From Desulfatiglandales bacterium (GTDB taxonomy: Bacteria; Desulfobacterota; DSM-4660; Desulfatiglandales; Desulfatiglandaceae), in NCBI GenBank assembly GCA_963662465.1, contig OY759599.1:4192001-4256000 (forward strand): DNA of 64,000 nt, given 5' to 3'. Shown here piece after piece: positions 11,811 through 22,084 of the stretch (the stretch's first letter is position 1; every line of letters starts with the position of its first letter). The notes below the pieces were generated by a model. The model worked only from the letters and a program-made list of their open reading frames with translations. It had not been told where the DNA came from and made no database searches. The position numbers and the translations under genes were made by a program.

Positions 11811-12215
11811 TTATTCCGGGATAGAGGGTATCAAACTACGGATCTGCTCTAAAAATTGAGTGCACTGGTCCAGTTGGGTCTCCACATAAACCGGTTCGAA
11901 AGAGATGAAGACAACATAATCTCCCTCTTGACGATCCTCAAAGAGCTGATCATAAAGCCGTCCCCATTTCCGCTCAAGAAGGCCGGTTTTGATGAATTGC
12001 TGATGAAAAGCGGCACGAACCCCGGAATGCTTTCTGAAAGTCAGTTTATGCGCCATCAACAAAGCCGATACCGCATAAAAGGCCGCATAGTAGAGCCGGT
12101 TCATGGCAAAAGAAAAAGAGCTTGCCCCAAATTCACGCCGGGCAGAGGTGATACTCTCTTCCGCCTTTTCAAACCAGTAACCAACAACAGCAGAGCGTTT
12201 CTCACAGGTAATCAT
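11811..12215 (-). CDS. HEPN domain protein (MNT-HEPN TA toxin)
   Basis: NRLYYAAFYA, KHSGV, RQEGDY; ATGA overlap with the MNT gene. Confidence 0.88.
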   Translation of the reverse strand: MITCEKRSAVVGYWFEKAEESITSARREFGASSFSFAMNRLYYAAFYAVSALLMAHKLTFRKHSGVRAAFHQQFIKTGLLERKWGRLYDQLFEDRQEGDYVVFISFEPVYVETQLDQCTQFLEQIRSLIPSIPE

Positions 12216-12547
12216 AAGTGTATACCATCTCGAATGATTTCATCTCTCAGAGGAAGCACGGACATCATTCCTGTGTCCCAAGATTCCTGATCCACAACCA
12301 ACGTGCTGAAATTGGTTCCAAACTGGAGGTTGGCGTCAAAAACTATGTCCGTGATTTCGTGACGCTTGAATCGGGAAATCGGTTCAGACAGCACGATCAT
12401 AATGTCTACGTCTGACTCTTCATCCGCTTCCCCTCTCGCAGTGGAACCATACAGCACAAAGTCCACCACAGCGAAATCAGCCATGACTCTCGACTTTATC
12501 TGGCCAAACGCTTTAGACTGCCTCTTAGAGATCTGTATGTCATTCAT
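12212..12547 (-). CDS. Minimal nucleotidyltransferase (MNT antitoxin)
   Basis: YGSTARGE...SDVD (GSx10DxD); AGGAGG RBS before ATG 12547. Confidence 0.88.
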   Translation of the reverse strand: MNDIQISKRQSKAFGQIKSRVMADFAVVDFVLYGSTARGEADEESDVDIMIVLSEPISRFKRHEITDIVFDANLQFGTNFSTLVVDQESWDTGMMSVLPLRDEIIRDGIHL

Positions 12548-12601
12548 TTGTGGCCTCCTTTCCAACCACGAATCAAAGGATTAGAACCAATAGGATACGG
12601 G

Positions 12602-12811
12602 TCAGGCCCTTTCTTCCGGCGGCAATTGGTCAGTGATCCGCAATTCCAGCTCCTCCGGGGGGACTTCCTTTATTTGATCGTTTTCCCAGATAACCACAAG
12701 AGAGCCCGCCTGTTTAGCTCGCTGGATGACTTTATACGAAGCCTGCCGAAAGGCCGCATCTGCTTTCCATGCTAATGTGCCTTCAGTTTTCTTTTTGACG
12801 TCCATGTTCAT
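12602..12811 (-). CDS. Small protein of the type found after zeta-toxin-like ATPases
   Basis: Overlaps the zeta-like ORF stop; VVIWENDQIKEVPPEE-type C-terminus. Confidence 0.55.
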   Translation of the reverse strand: MNMDVKKKTEGTLAWKADAAFRQASYKVIQRAKQAGSLVVIWENDQIKEVPPEELELRITDQLPPEERA

Positions 12812-13218
12812 ATTTCCTCGTTTGCTTTTACGCGGGCGACGGCCATGTCCGCACTCGGGAGCCGGAGAAAAAAAAGCACAATCCGATAGCCATTCATTTT
12901 CAGCCTTTCGAAATGCCGCACATAGCTCCGTCCGGACAGGGTGGTTTCAAACCCGAAGTTTTCCTTTGCAGCGGTAAGTTCCTTGATCCTGGTCAGAAGC
13001 AACCGTCCGGCTCTCACATTCTGTGTTTCCGGAGCAAACGGCGAGAGCCCGGCGGCAATCAGGTCGGCGTTTAAAAACTGGCGGCAGTTTACGAAATCCG
13101 GCAGAAATTCGTTGGCAAATGTGGTTTTCCCTGCCCCGTTCGGTCCGGCAATCACATAAACCGTCGGATCTTCAGTATGAGGCTTGATCTCTTTTGGTTT
13201 GGTTTCTGTATTTTCCAT
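12808..13218 (-). pseudogene. Zeta-toxin-like P-loop ATPase, C-terminally truncated
   Basis: IAGPNGAGKTT, FLNADLIA, FETTLSG; ends abruptly at ARVK. Confidence 0.75.
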
Positions 13219-13250
13219 TGGTGATCACTGCTTTTTTCCTCGGGAGCTGT

Positions 13251-13302
13251 CTTCATCCCGTCATCCAGAGCAAGATTCATCCGCGGGTCGGTATGGTGAC
13301 AC
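13251..13302 (-). pseudogene. Diverged relic of a pglX 3' end
   Basis: 38/52 nt identical (hand count) to 16203-16254; HHTDPRMNLALDDGMK vs HYADQRISLDLDDGVK. Confidence 0.75.
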
Positions 13303-13305
13303 CCC

Positions 13306-14754
13306 TTATCCCGTGTCAACTGAGCGTTTTGCATTAATGGCCGCTGTGCCCTTCGGGGTCAAGCGGTATTTCTGCATACGGCTATTGGGTTTATGGGGAA
13401 TGGTGTATTCCAGCAACCCAGCTTTTTTGAGGCGGGGTAAGGCTTTCCGCAAATTACCACTCAATTTTTTGTGCCCCAGTGAGGTTGCTATTTCTGAAGA
13501 GGAGAGCGGATGCTCAGCGCAGACTGAAAGAATGTCCAGGTCGACTTGTGCCTCGACTTGTGCCTCGACTTGTGCCTCGACTGGCCCGGTTCTGGCTTGA
13601 ACAGTGATCTTGTCTGTTAATGGCACAATAAAACGCATCCTCATCCCAATTTCCACGATTTGCAGCTCCGGTAAACCCAGTTCTTCTGCTTCTTTGAAAA
13701 CACGCCGAACACCGCTGCCCCATTGTTCTATGAGACCCAACTCCCGAAAGATACGCGCAATCACCGAGTTTCGGATTTTGGAGACCCCCTGTTTCATATC
13801 CTCGATGGTCATGCCGGGAAGGAGAATGCCGGGATTTTCAACCTCGATGTGGTCATCGAAGAAAGCGATGCGGGTGGGAGCGCCCCGCTGGGAATAGTCG
13901 GCGTGAACCAGGGCATTGATCACCACCTCCCGTAGAATGCCAAGGGGAATACTCCAGACGTCTTTGCGACGGATTTCTGAAAAATCGGCGCCGCGCATGG
14001 CGTGTTTCTTGAGAAACAGCATGATACTTTCCACGGCCTGGGGCAGATGGTCGTGCAGCTCAATATGGTCAAAAATCTCGGCCTTATCCTGCCCCACAAA
14101 CCTTCCGCACTGAATCCAGGCATCGGGAAAATAACGAATTCGATCTTTTCCGAACAACAATACGGCGCCTTTGGTGGGTACAAGCCGGCCCTGTTCATGG
14201 GTCAGCAGTCTCAAAGTGATCAGTTCCTCTTCACCCAGTTTGCGTTCCCCCTTGAACAGTGATTTCATGGACGTCAGATCCAGATCGTCAATGGACAACT
14301 CAGGCATTGGGAGTTCGTCAAAAGCAATCCCTTCAGCCGAGCGGCGCAATTCAGCAATCAATTCCCGGTCTGCCTGTCGATTGGTTGATCCTAATCTGAC
14401 ATAAACTCCGTTTTCAGGTCCTTCCGTCTTCAGGTAATGAGGGCGCAAACCGCTTAGAAAGACCTCCACCACCAACACGGTCTTATCTTCCACCGTCATC
14501 AATTCCACATTCGGCACCAGACGTGGGGCAATGGAATCGGCAATGAGGTTGCATATCCGCTCTTCTTCATCCAGTGGATCCGCAACACCAACAACCCGCA
14601 GGTCATCATCCACCCCGACAACCAAACGGCCGCCCGCCGTATTCGCAAAGGCCAGCAATGTTTTGAGCATGGGCCGGGGGGATGACAGATCCCGCTTGAA
14701 CTCCAGTGTCTTGCCTTCCGGGCTGGTGAGAATTTGCTTGATTTTGACTGTCAT
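13306..14754 (-). CDS. AlbA_2/Schlafen-like domain + HATPase_c_4 + HTH protein (RecG-like regulator)
   Basis: EGKTLEFK, AFANTAGG, REVVINALVHADY, ENPG, EQWGSG, C-terminal QKYRLT. Confidence 0.88.
   Translation of the reverse strand: MTVKIKQILTSPEGKTLEFKRDLSSPRPMLKTLLAFANTAGGRLVVGVDDDLRVVGVADPLDEEERICNLIADSIAPRLVPNVELMTVEDKTVLVVEVFLSGLRPHYLKTEGPENGVYVRLGSTNRQADRELIAELRRSAEGIAFDELPMPELSIDDLDLTSMKSLFKGERKLGEEELITLRLLTHEQGRLVPTKGAVLLFGKDRIRYFPDAWIQCGRFVGQDKAEIFDHIELHDHLPQAVESIMLFLKKHAMRGADFSEIRRKDVWSIPLGILREVVINALVHADYSQRGAPTRIAFFDDHIEVENPGILLPGMTIEDMKQGVSKIRNSVIARIFRELGLIEQWGSGVRRVFKEAEELGLPELQIVEIGMRMRFIVPLTDKITVQARTGPVEAQVEAQVEAQVDLDILSVCAEHPLSSSEIATSLGHKKLSGNLRKALPRLKKAGLLEYTIPHKPNSRMQKYRLTPKGTAAINAKRSVDTG
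13541..13582. repeat. 12-bp tandem repeat TCGACTTGTGCC x3.5 (VEAQ repeats)
   Basis: Seen directly in the sequence. Confidence 0.95.
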
Positions 14755-14766
14755 TTGTCTGCCCTC

Positions 14767-14793
14767 ATCCGCGGAATCTGCGTAATCCGTGGT
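14767..14793. repeat. 9-nt-period intergenic repeat (ATCCGCGGA/ATCTGCGTA/ATCCGTGGT)
   Basis: Close match to 16107-16133. Confidence 0.8.
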
Positions 14794-14796
14794 CCA

Positions 14797-15018
14797 TTAC
14801 GACTGAGCCTGCAACCGTTTCACCGGGCACTGTTTCAGCTTTTCGTTCCAGGTTTGTTCGCTGAACACCATAACCTCTTCAAGATACGGGTTCTTCCATT
14901 TGCCTTTATCCGGTCCCAGAAAGCAGCTGGATCTTTTCAGGCATTCCATCGCCCTGAGCATCAAAGCAGGGTCAGGGGTTCCAATGGCTATCAGGACAAG
15001 ATACTTTATGGGCTTCAC
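14797..15018 (-). pseudogene. Short ORF, probably the C-terminal remnant of the AAA ATPase partner gene
   Basis: Coupled to the AAA gene stop; only 73 aa. Confidence 0.4.
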
Positions 15019-16025
15019 TGGGAGCCTACCGCGCCTCCCAGTGCCCTTTCGATTTCCATATTGTACATCCTGGTAAACTGGTCGGCGATCCTGTTGGGCG
15101 ACAGGCCCGTGTAATTATCTGACGAATTGAGCGTTATTTCCATGTCGTTGTCCATGCTGAGGGAATAAAACCGGAGGGAATGGTCTGTACGTTGGAGATC
15201 AAACTCCTTGAGCAGTACATAACTGTGGGTCGCGATGAAAATCTGTACGCCCATTTTTTCCAACTGGAGAAGGACCTTTACAATCAACGGCAGCATGGAA
15301 GGGTTCAGATTAGCCTCTGGTTCGTCCCAGTAAAGGGTTGTTCCCTTTTCCAGGGACCCATTTCGAATGAGGAGCCAGAGTAGCGCCAGCTTGCGCATGC
15401 CTTCGGCAACCAGGGTAAACTCAATCTCCCCCAGCCTGTTTCGTAAGTAAAAGACCTCGTTTTTCGTAGTGATCTGTCCGCCCATGGTCTTCTGAAGAAG
15501 ACGGGCCAATTCTTCGAATTGAGGGTCCAGGCTCTTCAGAGGCGGCAGAAAGGCCTTATCAATAATGTCTACATAGATTTCCTCAAAATGGGTTACCCTT
15601 TCCACATACATGGACCGAAAACCGGGCGCATTGGCCAGCATCTCCTTGACCGGGATATATACGGGTCTTTCCGCCTTGAAATAATTCTTGCCCCCGTTGG
15701 TATGCGCTCCTTCCGCGTTTAACGTCACGGTCAGACCTTCACCGTCCCTGGCAATGGTGAAAGAGGCTTCTTTCCTGATCCCCTTGCCCCGGCGCAGGAG
15801 TCTCTTCAAAGACAGATCCCGCGGCAAGAATACACGCAGCAGTTTCCCGCTTATCTCCTTGGAAAATGAACCCTTCATTTCAGCGGCCTGAAGTGCATAG
15901 AGCAATTTCAATAGGTGCGTTTTGCCCGTGCCGTTCACCCCGATAAATAGATTGATCCCCGGCACACAGTCAACCACCAGGTGATCAAATGCAGTAAAGT
16001 CCCTGATTTCAAATCTTTCAATCAT
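15015..16025 (-). CDS. AAA_15/AAA_21 (ABC-type) ATPase, defence-associated
   Basis: GVNGTGKT, AEGMRK, WDEPEANLNP, IATHS. Confidence 0.88.
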   Translation of the reverse strand: MIERFEIRDFTAFDHLVVDCVPGINLFIGVNGTGKTHLLKLLYALQAAEMKGSFSKEISGKLLRVFLPRDLSLKRLLRRGKGIRKEASFTIARDGEGLTVTLNAEGAHTNGGKNYFKAERPVYIPVKEMLANAPGFRSMYVERVTHFEEIYVDIIDKAFLPPLKSLDPQFEELARLLQKTMGGQITTKNEVFYLRNRLGEIEFTLVAEGMRKLALLWLLIRNGSLEKGTTLYWDEPEANLNPSMLPLIVKVLLQLEKMGVQIFIATHSYVLLKEFDLQRTDHSLRFYSLSMDNDMEITLNSSDNYTGLSPNRIADQFTRMYNMEIERALGGAVGSQ

Positions 16026-16057
16026 TGCGTCTTCCTTTTTCCATTTAAGGCTTTACC

Positions 16058-16133
16058 ATTCGTGCTATTCGTAAAATTCGTGGTTGTTGTTTTTGTTTTC
16101 TTCATAATCCGTGTAATCTGCGTAATCTGTGGA
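16058..16133. repeat. Two 9-nt-period repeat triplets immediately downstream of pglX
   Basis: ATTCGTGCT/ATTCGTAAA/ATTCGTGGT and ATCCGTGTA/ATCTGCGTA/ATCTGTGGA. Confidence 0.8.
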
Positions 16134-19100
16134 TCACTCTTTTGCTTTTCCGGTTATCGCCTTCACCTCAGCCAATAGGTCTCCGAATCTCCCGTAGTTT
16201 ACCTTTACCCCGTCATCCAGATCGAGGCTGATCCGCTGATCGGCGTAGTGGCGCAGTTTTTCGTCAAAAGCATGAAGCTCCACCTGCTGTTTGACGAGTT
16301 TGTCTCTTTCCCTTTCCAGTTTCTTGCTGTGGGCCGTGGAAGTGGCGGCGGTGATGTCCCCCGATAATTGTTCGATTCGAGCGGCGATTTTCCCCTGCAA
16401 TGGGATCGCGTATTCGGTCCGCATGCGGGCTAACGTCCCTTCATTGTACCGGTGGAGATAGACCAGGCATTGAAAGGCCCGCAGCTTGCCGCTGGAAAAG
16501 AGCCAGTAGATGGGGCGCTTCTTGTAGGTCTTCAGGTGGTCCTTGAAGAAGCTGTCGCAGAGGTAGCGGCGAATGGTCTCGCGGCTACCTTCTCCCTTCT
16601 TGGGCGAGAGGTTGTCGGCCAGGAAGGTGAGGTTGGCTTCGAGGTGGCTCGCGTCCCAGGCCACCGAGATGAACTTGATGAGGCGGTGGCAGGCGTCATC
16701 GTCGAACCACTCGGTGTCGGTGAGCGGAACAATGCCGTCGGCATCGGCCGGGAAGGTGGGGTAGCGCCTGGGATCGAAGCCATCATTTCCGCTGTGGGCG
16801 TAGATGAGGCCCGGCGCATCCAGGCTGTAGCGGCCCATCATGCAGCCGATGGCGTAGGAGACCAGCTCCTGCATGGTGTCCTGGCGGAAGCGGGTCCACT
16901 GCGCATCAATGGTGAGCTTGCCGCCGTAGCGGTAGGCGGGGTTCACCGTGAGGGTGATCTGCGACAAGGGAACGTCGGGGGTGAGCTCGTCCTGCAGGCC
17001 GTAGGCGTCGATGAAGAGGCGGTTGTTCTTCTCTTCGAGGCGCTTCATCTCGGCGATGGTTTCGCGGTTCTGGGTGATCCAGGCGGTGTAGCTGGATTCG
17101 AGAGTTGGGGTGGGATCGGAGGATGCCGTTAGGATCGGAACGGACTGGAAATCCCAAGAACGTTCATAGGCGTTCCAGTCAGAAACCGAAATCCGTACGA
17201 GTGATCGTTCATTATCGTCAACTGAGGAACTTTGGTCTGAACTCAGCTTGAGATGTGGTAAACTCAAGACATCTGCCACTTGTGTATTCAGAGTTGGATT
17301 CATGGCCCTAACCAGCATCTGAGCTATCGGGGAGTTCAGTTGAGCCAATAAGACATAATCGCAGTTGAATTCATCGTTGAATATCGTAGGAGAGGCGGAG
17401 TCATACTCTGTGCAATCACGCTTGATCCGGAAGCTCGGAGGGCCTGATGTAATCTTGGTCCAACAGATACCTTCCTTCTCGACCATCTTCGTTGGGTACA
17501 TGCCTCCATTTGATTCATAAAAGGCAATTGCGCTTGGCGACCAATCGACCAAGAACTCCTCATTACCAGCATGCTTCCTGTATTCTCCACCTTTGATAAT
17601 TTGGCGCCATCGACTTGTAGGTCGCGAGGTTTCCCAGCAATAACGAAGATATTTGGGTCCGTCATGCGTTTTGATGCGTCCGCCAGAGAACCACTTTCGC
17701 CCAACCTTTTCGGACTCGAAAAGCCTGAGGAAATAGATCCAATACACCACTGGGCTTCCAGGAATCGTCGTAAATTCGTCTTGGGTCGTCGCATCAAATC
17801 GCAGCGTACCGTTAGCAAGTGCCGTTTGCTTTTCTTCTTCTCCGCCATTGAGTAGTCGGAAAAATGCCGGTTTGTATTTCTGTATTGACAGATTCTTGAG
17901 CACGAATGCCGTCGACTGTACGACCTCTCCCGAAATGCTCCCAAAGGCACGAGAGCCCAAGTGAGCCATCGTACGGATAGTTTTCTCCTTCAGAATCCAC
18001 TCCCGCATTTTCTGAAAGCTAGAGATGAACATCCAACTCTGCATCGTGATCATGGCGTTGTAGCCAGCGTCCCTCGCCAGCATGCAGCCGCGCTGAATGA
18101 AGCAGGCGAAGAGGTCGCTCTTTGCGTCCGGGAAGTTGTCTTTAGCGAACATTTTCACAGCGGCGTTCATGCTACTGCTACTCATGTAGGGGGGGTTCAT
18201 CACTACCGCGTCGTACTGCGCTGCCAGCAGTTCGGCCTGCCGCACCAGTGGCCGTAACCGATTGAGCGCTCCCGACACAAACAGATCCTGACTGGTCGCC
18301 TCGCTCAGTTGTTTCAGTGCAGGCAGTTTCCCCGTCAGTCTTTCGGGTACTTGAATCAGCGACCCAAACGTCGTCGCGTGCTCAAACAGCCGCTTCAGCT
18401 CCGTGAGGTCCCTCGACTCCAGCCCGTAGTTCGCCAGATCCACCCCCTTCGCCAACCTATCCGCATCAAACCCTGCACTATCCCCCAGTGCCATCACGTT
18501 GAGCTTCACCCCCCGCTCAAACAGCCGCCGATCATCCGCCCGCCCCTTCATCATCAGCGCAAAGCCCGTCAACTGCGCCGCCCGCTCGTCGATGTCGAGG
18601 CCGAAGAGGTTCTGGGTGAGGATCAGCTGCGGAACGTCTCTTTGTCGATAACCGCGCTCCAGGTAGATGGCCTTGAACAGCTCATATGCCTCTACCAGGA
18701 TGTGCCCGGAGCCGCATGCCGGGTCAATGAGGGTCAACTTCTCAGGATTCAGCGAGTCGGGCGTGATGGCCGCAAGCTGGGCGTTGACCTCGTCGGTCTG
18801 TTCGGCGGGCTCGATGTAGTACTCCATCTGCCCTTTGAGAGGCGACTGGGGATAGGTCGCCAGCCACTGCGCCCCCAGCGAATTCTGGACCATGTACTTC
18901 ACGATCCAGTTGGGCGTGAAGAGCTGGGTCGCCGCCGGAATGTCCTCCGCCTTCACCACCTTACCGATGACTTGGTCCTTCTTCTCCGAGATGTAGAACT
19001 GGTAGAGCCAGCCGATGATCTCGATGTCCTGCCAGTCCTCTTCCGGGATCTCGCTCACCAGGTTGCGGATCGGAGAATTGGAATGCAGCAGGTTGTCCGG

Positions 19101-19634
19101 CAAAAGAAGCTCGGTATAACCACCAATCTCTTCAAAAAGAAACGGCATGGCTTTGTGGAGGGCATTGCACTCGGCTATCAGAAGTATCCGGTAAAGTTCA
19201 GCTTCCTTGGTGCCGTCAAGCTTTAGTTCGATTACTTTCTCTTTATCCAGACCGGGAAAATCCACATGTTCGCCATGTTCCGAAATTTCGGGAACGGTGT
19301 TTCCCTCGGGGTGGCTCAGCACTCGATAGCCATGACCGAGATACCCATGAAGTTCCATGAACCGTATAGCCACGAATCGATTGAACCAGGTGTATGCCAT
19401 GGCCTCCATAACATACTCAAAGCCTTCCCGTCTGATCCGTTCAGCCAACCGTTTCCGCTTCTCTGCCACATCCTTAGGGAAAGGTTTCCCTTCAATAATA
19501 GCCACGTCTCCCTGTATGGTAACGGACTCGATCTTGTCTTTCGTTAGGCCATAAATGGCCGCCCGATCCGTCACAGCTGTTATGAAATCACGTCGAGCCT
19601 TGGGGGCGTATGTTTTGAGCTTATTTTGATTCAT
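16134..19634 (-). CDS. pglX: BREX adenine methyltransferase PglX
   Basis: AYTWFNR, ATQLFTP, DPACGSG, NPPY, KRPIYW, DLDDGVKVNY; likely start MNQNKLK at 19634. Confidence 0.95.
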   Translation of the reverse strand: MNQNKLKTYAPKARRDFITAVTDRAAIYGLTKDKIESVTIQGDVAIIEGKPFPKDVAEKRKRLAERIRREGFEYVMEAMAYTWFNRFVAIRFMELHGYLGHGYRVLSHPEGNTVPEISEHGEHVDFPGLDKEKVIELKLDGTKEAELYRILLIAECNALHKAMPFLFEEIGGYTELLLPDNLLHSNSPIRNLVSEIPEEDWQDIEIIGWLYQFYISEKKDQVIGKVVKAEDIPAATQLFTPNWIVKYMVQNSLGAQWLATYPQSPLKGQMEYYIEPAEQTDEVNAQLAAITPDSLNPEKLTLIDPACGSGHILVEAYELFKAIYLERGYRQRDVPQLILTQNLFGLDIDERAAQLTGFALMMKGRADDRRLFERGVKLNVMALGDSAGFDADRLAKGVDLANYGLESRDLTELKRLFEHATTFGSLIQVPERLTGKLPALKQLSEATSQDLFVSGALNRLRPLVRQAELLAAQYDAVVMNPPYMSSSSMNAAVKMFAKDNFPDAKSDLFACFIQRGCMLARDAGYNAMITMQSWMFISSFQKMREWILKEKTIRTMAHLGSRAFGSISGEVVQSTAFVLKNLSIQKYKPAFFRLLNGGEEEKQTALANGTLRFDATTQDEFTTIPGSPVVYWIYFLRLFESEKVGRKWFSGGRIKTHDGPKYLRYCWETSRPTSRWRQIIKGGEYRKHAGNEEFLVDWSPSAIAFYESNGGMYPTKMVEKEGICWTKITSGPPSFRIKRDCTEYDSASPTIFNDEFNCDYVLLAQLNSPIAQMLVRAMNPTLNTQVADVLSLPHLKLSSDQSSSVDDNERSLVRISVSDWNAYERSWDFQSVPILTASSDPTPTLESSYTAWITQNRETIAEMKRLEEKNNRLFIDAYGLQDELTPDVPLSQITLTVNPAYRYGGKLTIDAQWTRFRQDTMQELVSYAIGCMMGRYSLDAPGLIYAHSGNDGFDPRRYPTFPADADGIVPLTDTEWFDDDACHRLIKFISVAWDASHLEANLTFLADNLSPKKGEGSRETIRRYLCDSFFKDHLKTYKKRPIYWLFSSGKLRAFQCLVYLHRYNEGTLARMRTEYAIPLQGKIAARIEQLSGDITAATSTAHSKKLERERDKLVKQQVELHAFDEKLRHYADQRISLDLDDGVKVNYGRFGDLLAEVKAITGKAKE

Positions 19635-19635
19635 T

Positions 19636-20259
19636 TTATTTGAATCCTGTGTCATCATAGGAACCTACTCTCAATCTCTTCACAAGCCGATAAACCGTCG
19701 ACCCATTTCCCCTCGGCCAATTCTTGCACGGTGGTCTATCCTTTTCCTCTGCACGACGAATGGCATCGGATATACCTGTTTGGACCTTTTCAATTTCAAA
19801 ATGGCCTTTTTCAAAGTTCGGTAGATGCCGAATGAGCCGCTCTGTACAATCTCTGGAACCGGATACGCCCTTTCCATCCTCGAAATGAAGCAGGAGCCAA
19901 TACTCAAACTTTGGATTGCTGACCGCCAGATTGTATGCGACGGTTTTACATGCCAAATACACCTTCTCCAAGTGTTTTTCAGTCCACTGGTCGCGGTCTA
20001 TCACCAGCCATACCTCGTCCTTTTTGCCAAGTCCCTTTTCTTTAACAAATGCTTGCGCTCGTTTCAGGACCTGTGGAGGAGAGGTGTCATGTTTTTTTGC
20101 GGGAAGAAGCTTCACATGAATGGTTGCTTGAGGGCTGTTGAAAATGCCAAAATAAATCGGCTCGGTCTTGGCCCCTTCCGTTGCGATGAGAAAAAGTTTA
20201 CGATAGGAAAGATAAGGCGTTGGTCTCCTGAACTTTCGCCTTTTCTTGGCCATCAGCAT
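19636..20259 (-). CDS. RloB family protein (AbiLii-like)
   Basis: [33 protein letters not shown]. Confidence 0.88.
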   Translation of the reverse strand: MLMAKKRRKFRRPTPYLSYRKLFLIATEGAKTEPIYFGIFNSPQATIHVKLLPAKKHDTSPPQVLKRAQAFVKEKGLGKKDEVWLVIDRDQWTEKHLEKVYLACKTVAYNLAVSNPKFEYWLLLHFEDGKGVSGSRDCTERLIRHLPNFEKGHFEIEKVQTGISDAIRRAEEKDRPPCKNWPRGNGSTVYRLVKRLRVGSYDDTGFK

Positions 20260-21596
20260 GCGCTCCCGGTCGCGGAGACATTTTCTGTCTTAAGTGGACC
20301 TGAGAGGAGGATGCGGGGTATCCCGCCCAACCGACCCTGAAGATAGCTTTTTCGGATATCTTTGTCGTACCGCATGTCTTTATATGAACTGAATGGCAAC
20401 AGAGATGTGCAACCCAGACCATCCCGCTCAGTTACCCACATTTCATCCCGGCGAAAGAGCTTCTGGTCCATGAGCAGAACATCATGGGTTGTCAACAGCA
20501 ATTGAGAACGGGTATCAGGCGTGCAGGATTCCAAATATCCGGCCAGCAATTCCCGGGTTAAAAGTGTATGAAGGCTGCGGTCGATTTCATCGATCACAAA
20601 GACCCTTTCGGCGCCATCAGCCGCAAGTTCCAGAAATGCCGGAATCAGATCAATGATGCGTTGGGTCCCATCTGATTCCTGCTTCATGTCAAACCGGATT
20701 TCATTCCCTGCCGAATCATCGTGAAAACTGACCAACTTTCGGGCCGCCAATTCTCCATTCTGACGCATTATGGCAAAACGTTCATGGTCCGGTTCAAGCA
20801 ATAAACGAACCGTCACGCCTTCCGGTATCTCCTCCTGAAGTTTCATCTTGAGATCCTCAGGCAGGGTCATATTCTCAAATGAGACTTTTTCGCCGCCTAA
20901 ATGGGAAATACCGGTATCAAGATGCCCCAGGGCAAGGTTCATGTGCCGGTACAAGGGATTCGCTTCCTGGAAAAAACGCTCAAAGGGTTCAAAGCGGCTG
21001 TCAGGTGCAATCATGACCAGGCTGTCCCGAAACCAATCATAGATAGGCTTAAAGCGTTCCACTTTCTGGTTAACGGCATTGGTGAGAAACAGCTGATTGT
21101 CGCGGGTTCCCTGAAAGGCAAAGCGAAGGAACTGGTCCTTTTTCAATTCAGTTGAAAAAACAATCTCATCTTCTTTGCGATGGTATAGACTTTTTTCGGT
21201 TGTTTTGAGGATCTCCGTAAGCCATTCTTCGATAACATGTTCACGGGTTACACAAAACCCGTATTCATACGACCGATCATCAATTAACAGCTCAAAAACC
21301 AGACGAGTCGGTTTCTGTTTGAAATCGGGGTTCAATCGGAAGGGCGCCACTGCAATCATGGCTTCGGGTTGCGTACCTTTGAGAACCAAGTGGCGCGCAA
21401 AGCTGAGAGCTTTGAACAAATTGGTTTTGCCCGACGCGTTTCCGCCATATATGGCGGCAATGGGTAACAGTCGCATATTGTATTTATCAATGCGCGGAAC
21501 ACGTTTCAGGTGTTGTTTTTCACGGCTCGCGACCATGGAAAAGGTCGACCGATCGCGAAACGACAACCAGTTTTCAATGGAAAAAGATATCAACAT
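20253..21596 (-). CDS. RloA/AbiLi-like AAA_21 ATPase
   Basis: [39 protein letters not shown]. Confidence 0.88.
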   Translation of the reverse strand: MLISFSIENWLSFRDRSTFSMVASREKQHLKRVPRIDKYNMRLLPIAAIYGGNASGKTNLFKALSFARHLVLKGTQPEAMIAVAPFRLNPDFKQKPTRLVFELLIDDRSYEYGFCVTREHVIEEWLTEILKTTEKSLYHRKEDEIVFSTELKKDQFLRFAFQGTRDNQLFLTNAVNQKVERFKPIYDWFRDSLVMIAPDSRFEPFERFFQEANPLYRHMNLALGHLDTGISHLGGEKVSFENMTLPEDLKMKLQEEIPEGVTVRLLLEPDHERFAIMRQNGELAARKLVSFHDDSAGNEIRFDMKQESDGTQRIIDLIPAFLELAADGAERVFVIDEIDRSLHTLLTRELLAGYLESCTPDTRSQLLLTTHDVLLMDQKLFRRDEMWVTERDGLGCTSLLPFSSYKDMRYDKDIRKSYLQGRLGGIPRILLSGPLKTENVSATGSAC

Positions 21597-21703
21597 TTCC
21601 TGTCTCCGATAATATTTCTCTTAAAATTACGTTGAAATCAAAGATAATATTTTAATGTCTTTATTTCAAGAGGAATTTTCTCGCAAAACGTTCCCGCCCT
21701 TAT

Positions 21704-22084
21704 CTATTCACTATCATCAGAAGTCTCCAAATCTGGGGTCACAACCATTTCAGCCGGTTTCAAAATACACCGGGATTTCCTCTCTTTGACTTGTTTAGTT
21801 CTTGCTTTCCAATATCTCGGCCGTCTCTTTTGGTGGGCAACAGCTACGATTAGAATCAAATCCGGCTCGATAGAATATAAGATGTTGTATGAAAAGTTGT
21901 TCAGTATCTTGCTACGAATCCCGCCTCCGACGGCTACAGCGGCATAAGGATTTTCGATAATCCATCTGACAGCTCTTCGCACTTCCGCAACAAAGGCGAC
22001 CCCGACTCCAGGCGCCTTTGTTTCATAGTACATTGTCGCCTCTCGGAAATCCTCCTCGGCTTCCGGTAAAAATTCCGAGTTCAT
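21704..22084 (-). CDS. ParE/RelE family toxin with a brxC-derived C-terminal tail
   Basis: PEAEEDF, FSYNILY, VAVAHQKRRPRYW; tail KSRCILKPAE...LET. Confidence 0.82.
   Translation of the reverse strand: MNSEFLPEAEEDFREATMYYETKAPGVGVAFVAEVRRAVRWIIENPYAAVAVGGGIRSKILNNFSYNILYSIEPDLILIVAVAHQKRRPRYWKARTKQVKERKSRCILKPAEMVVTPDLETSDDSE

Noticed and set aside
16452..19226. Long + strand ORFs (226 and 305 aa) opposite pglX
   Set aside because: Antisense shadows of GC-rich coding sequence; no motifs or RBS.
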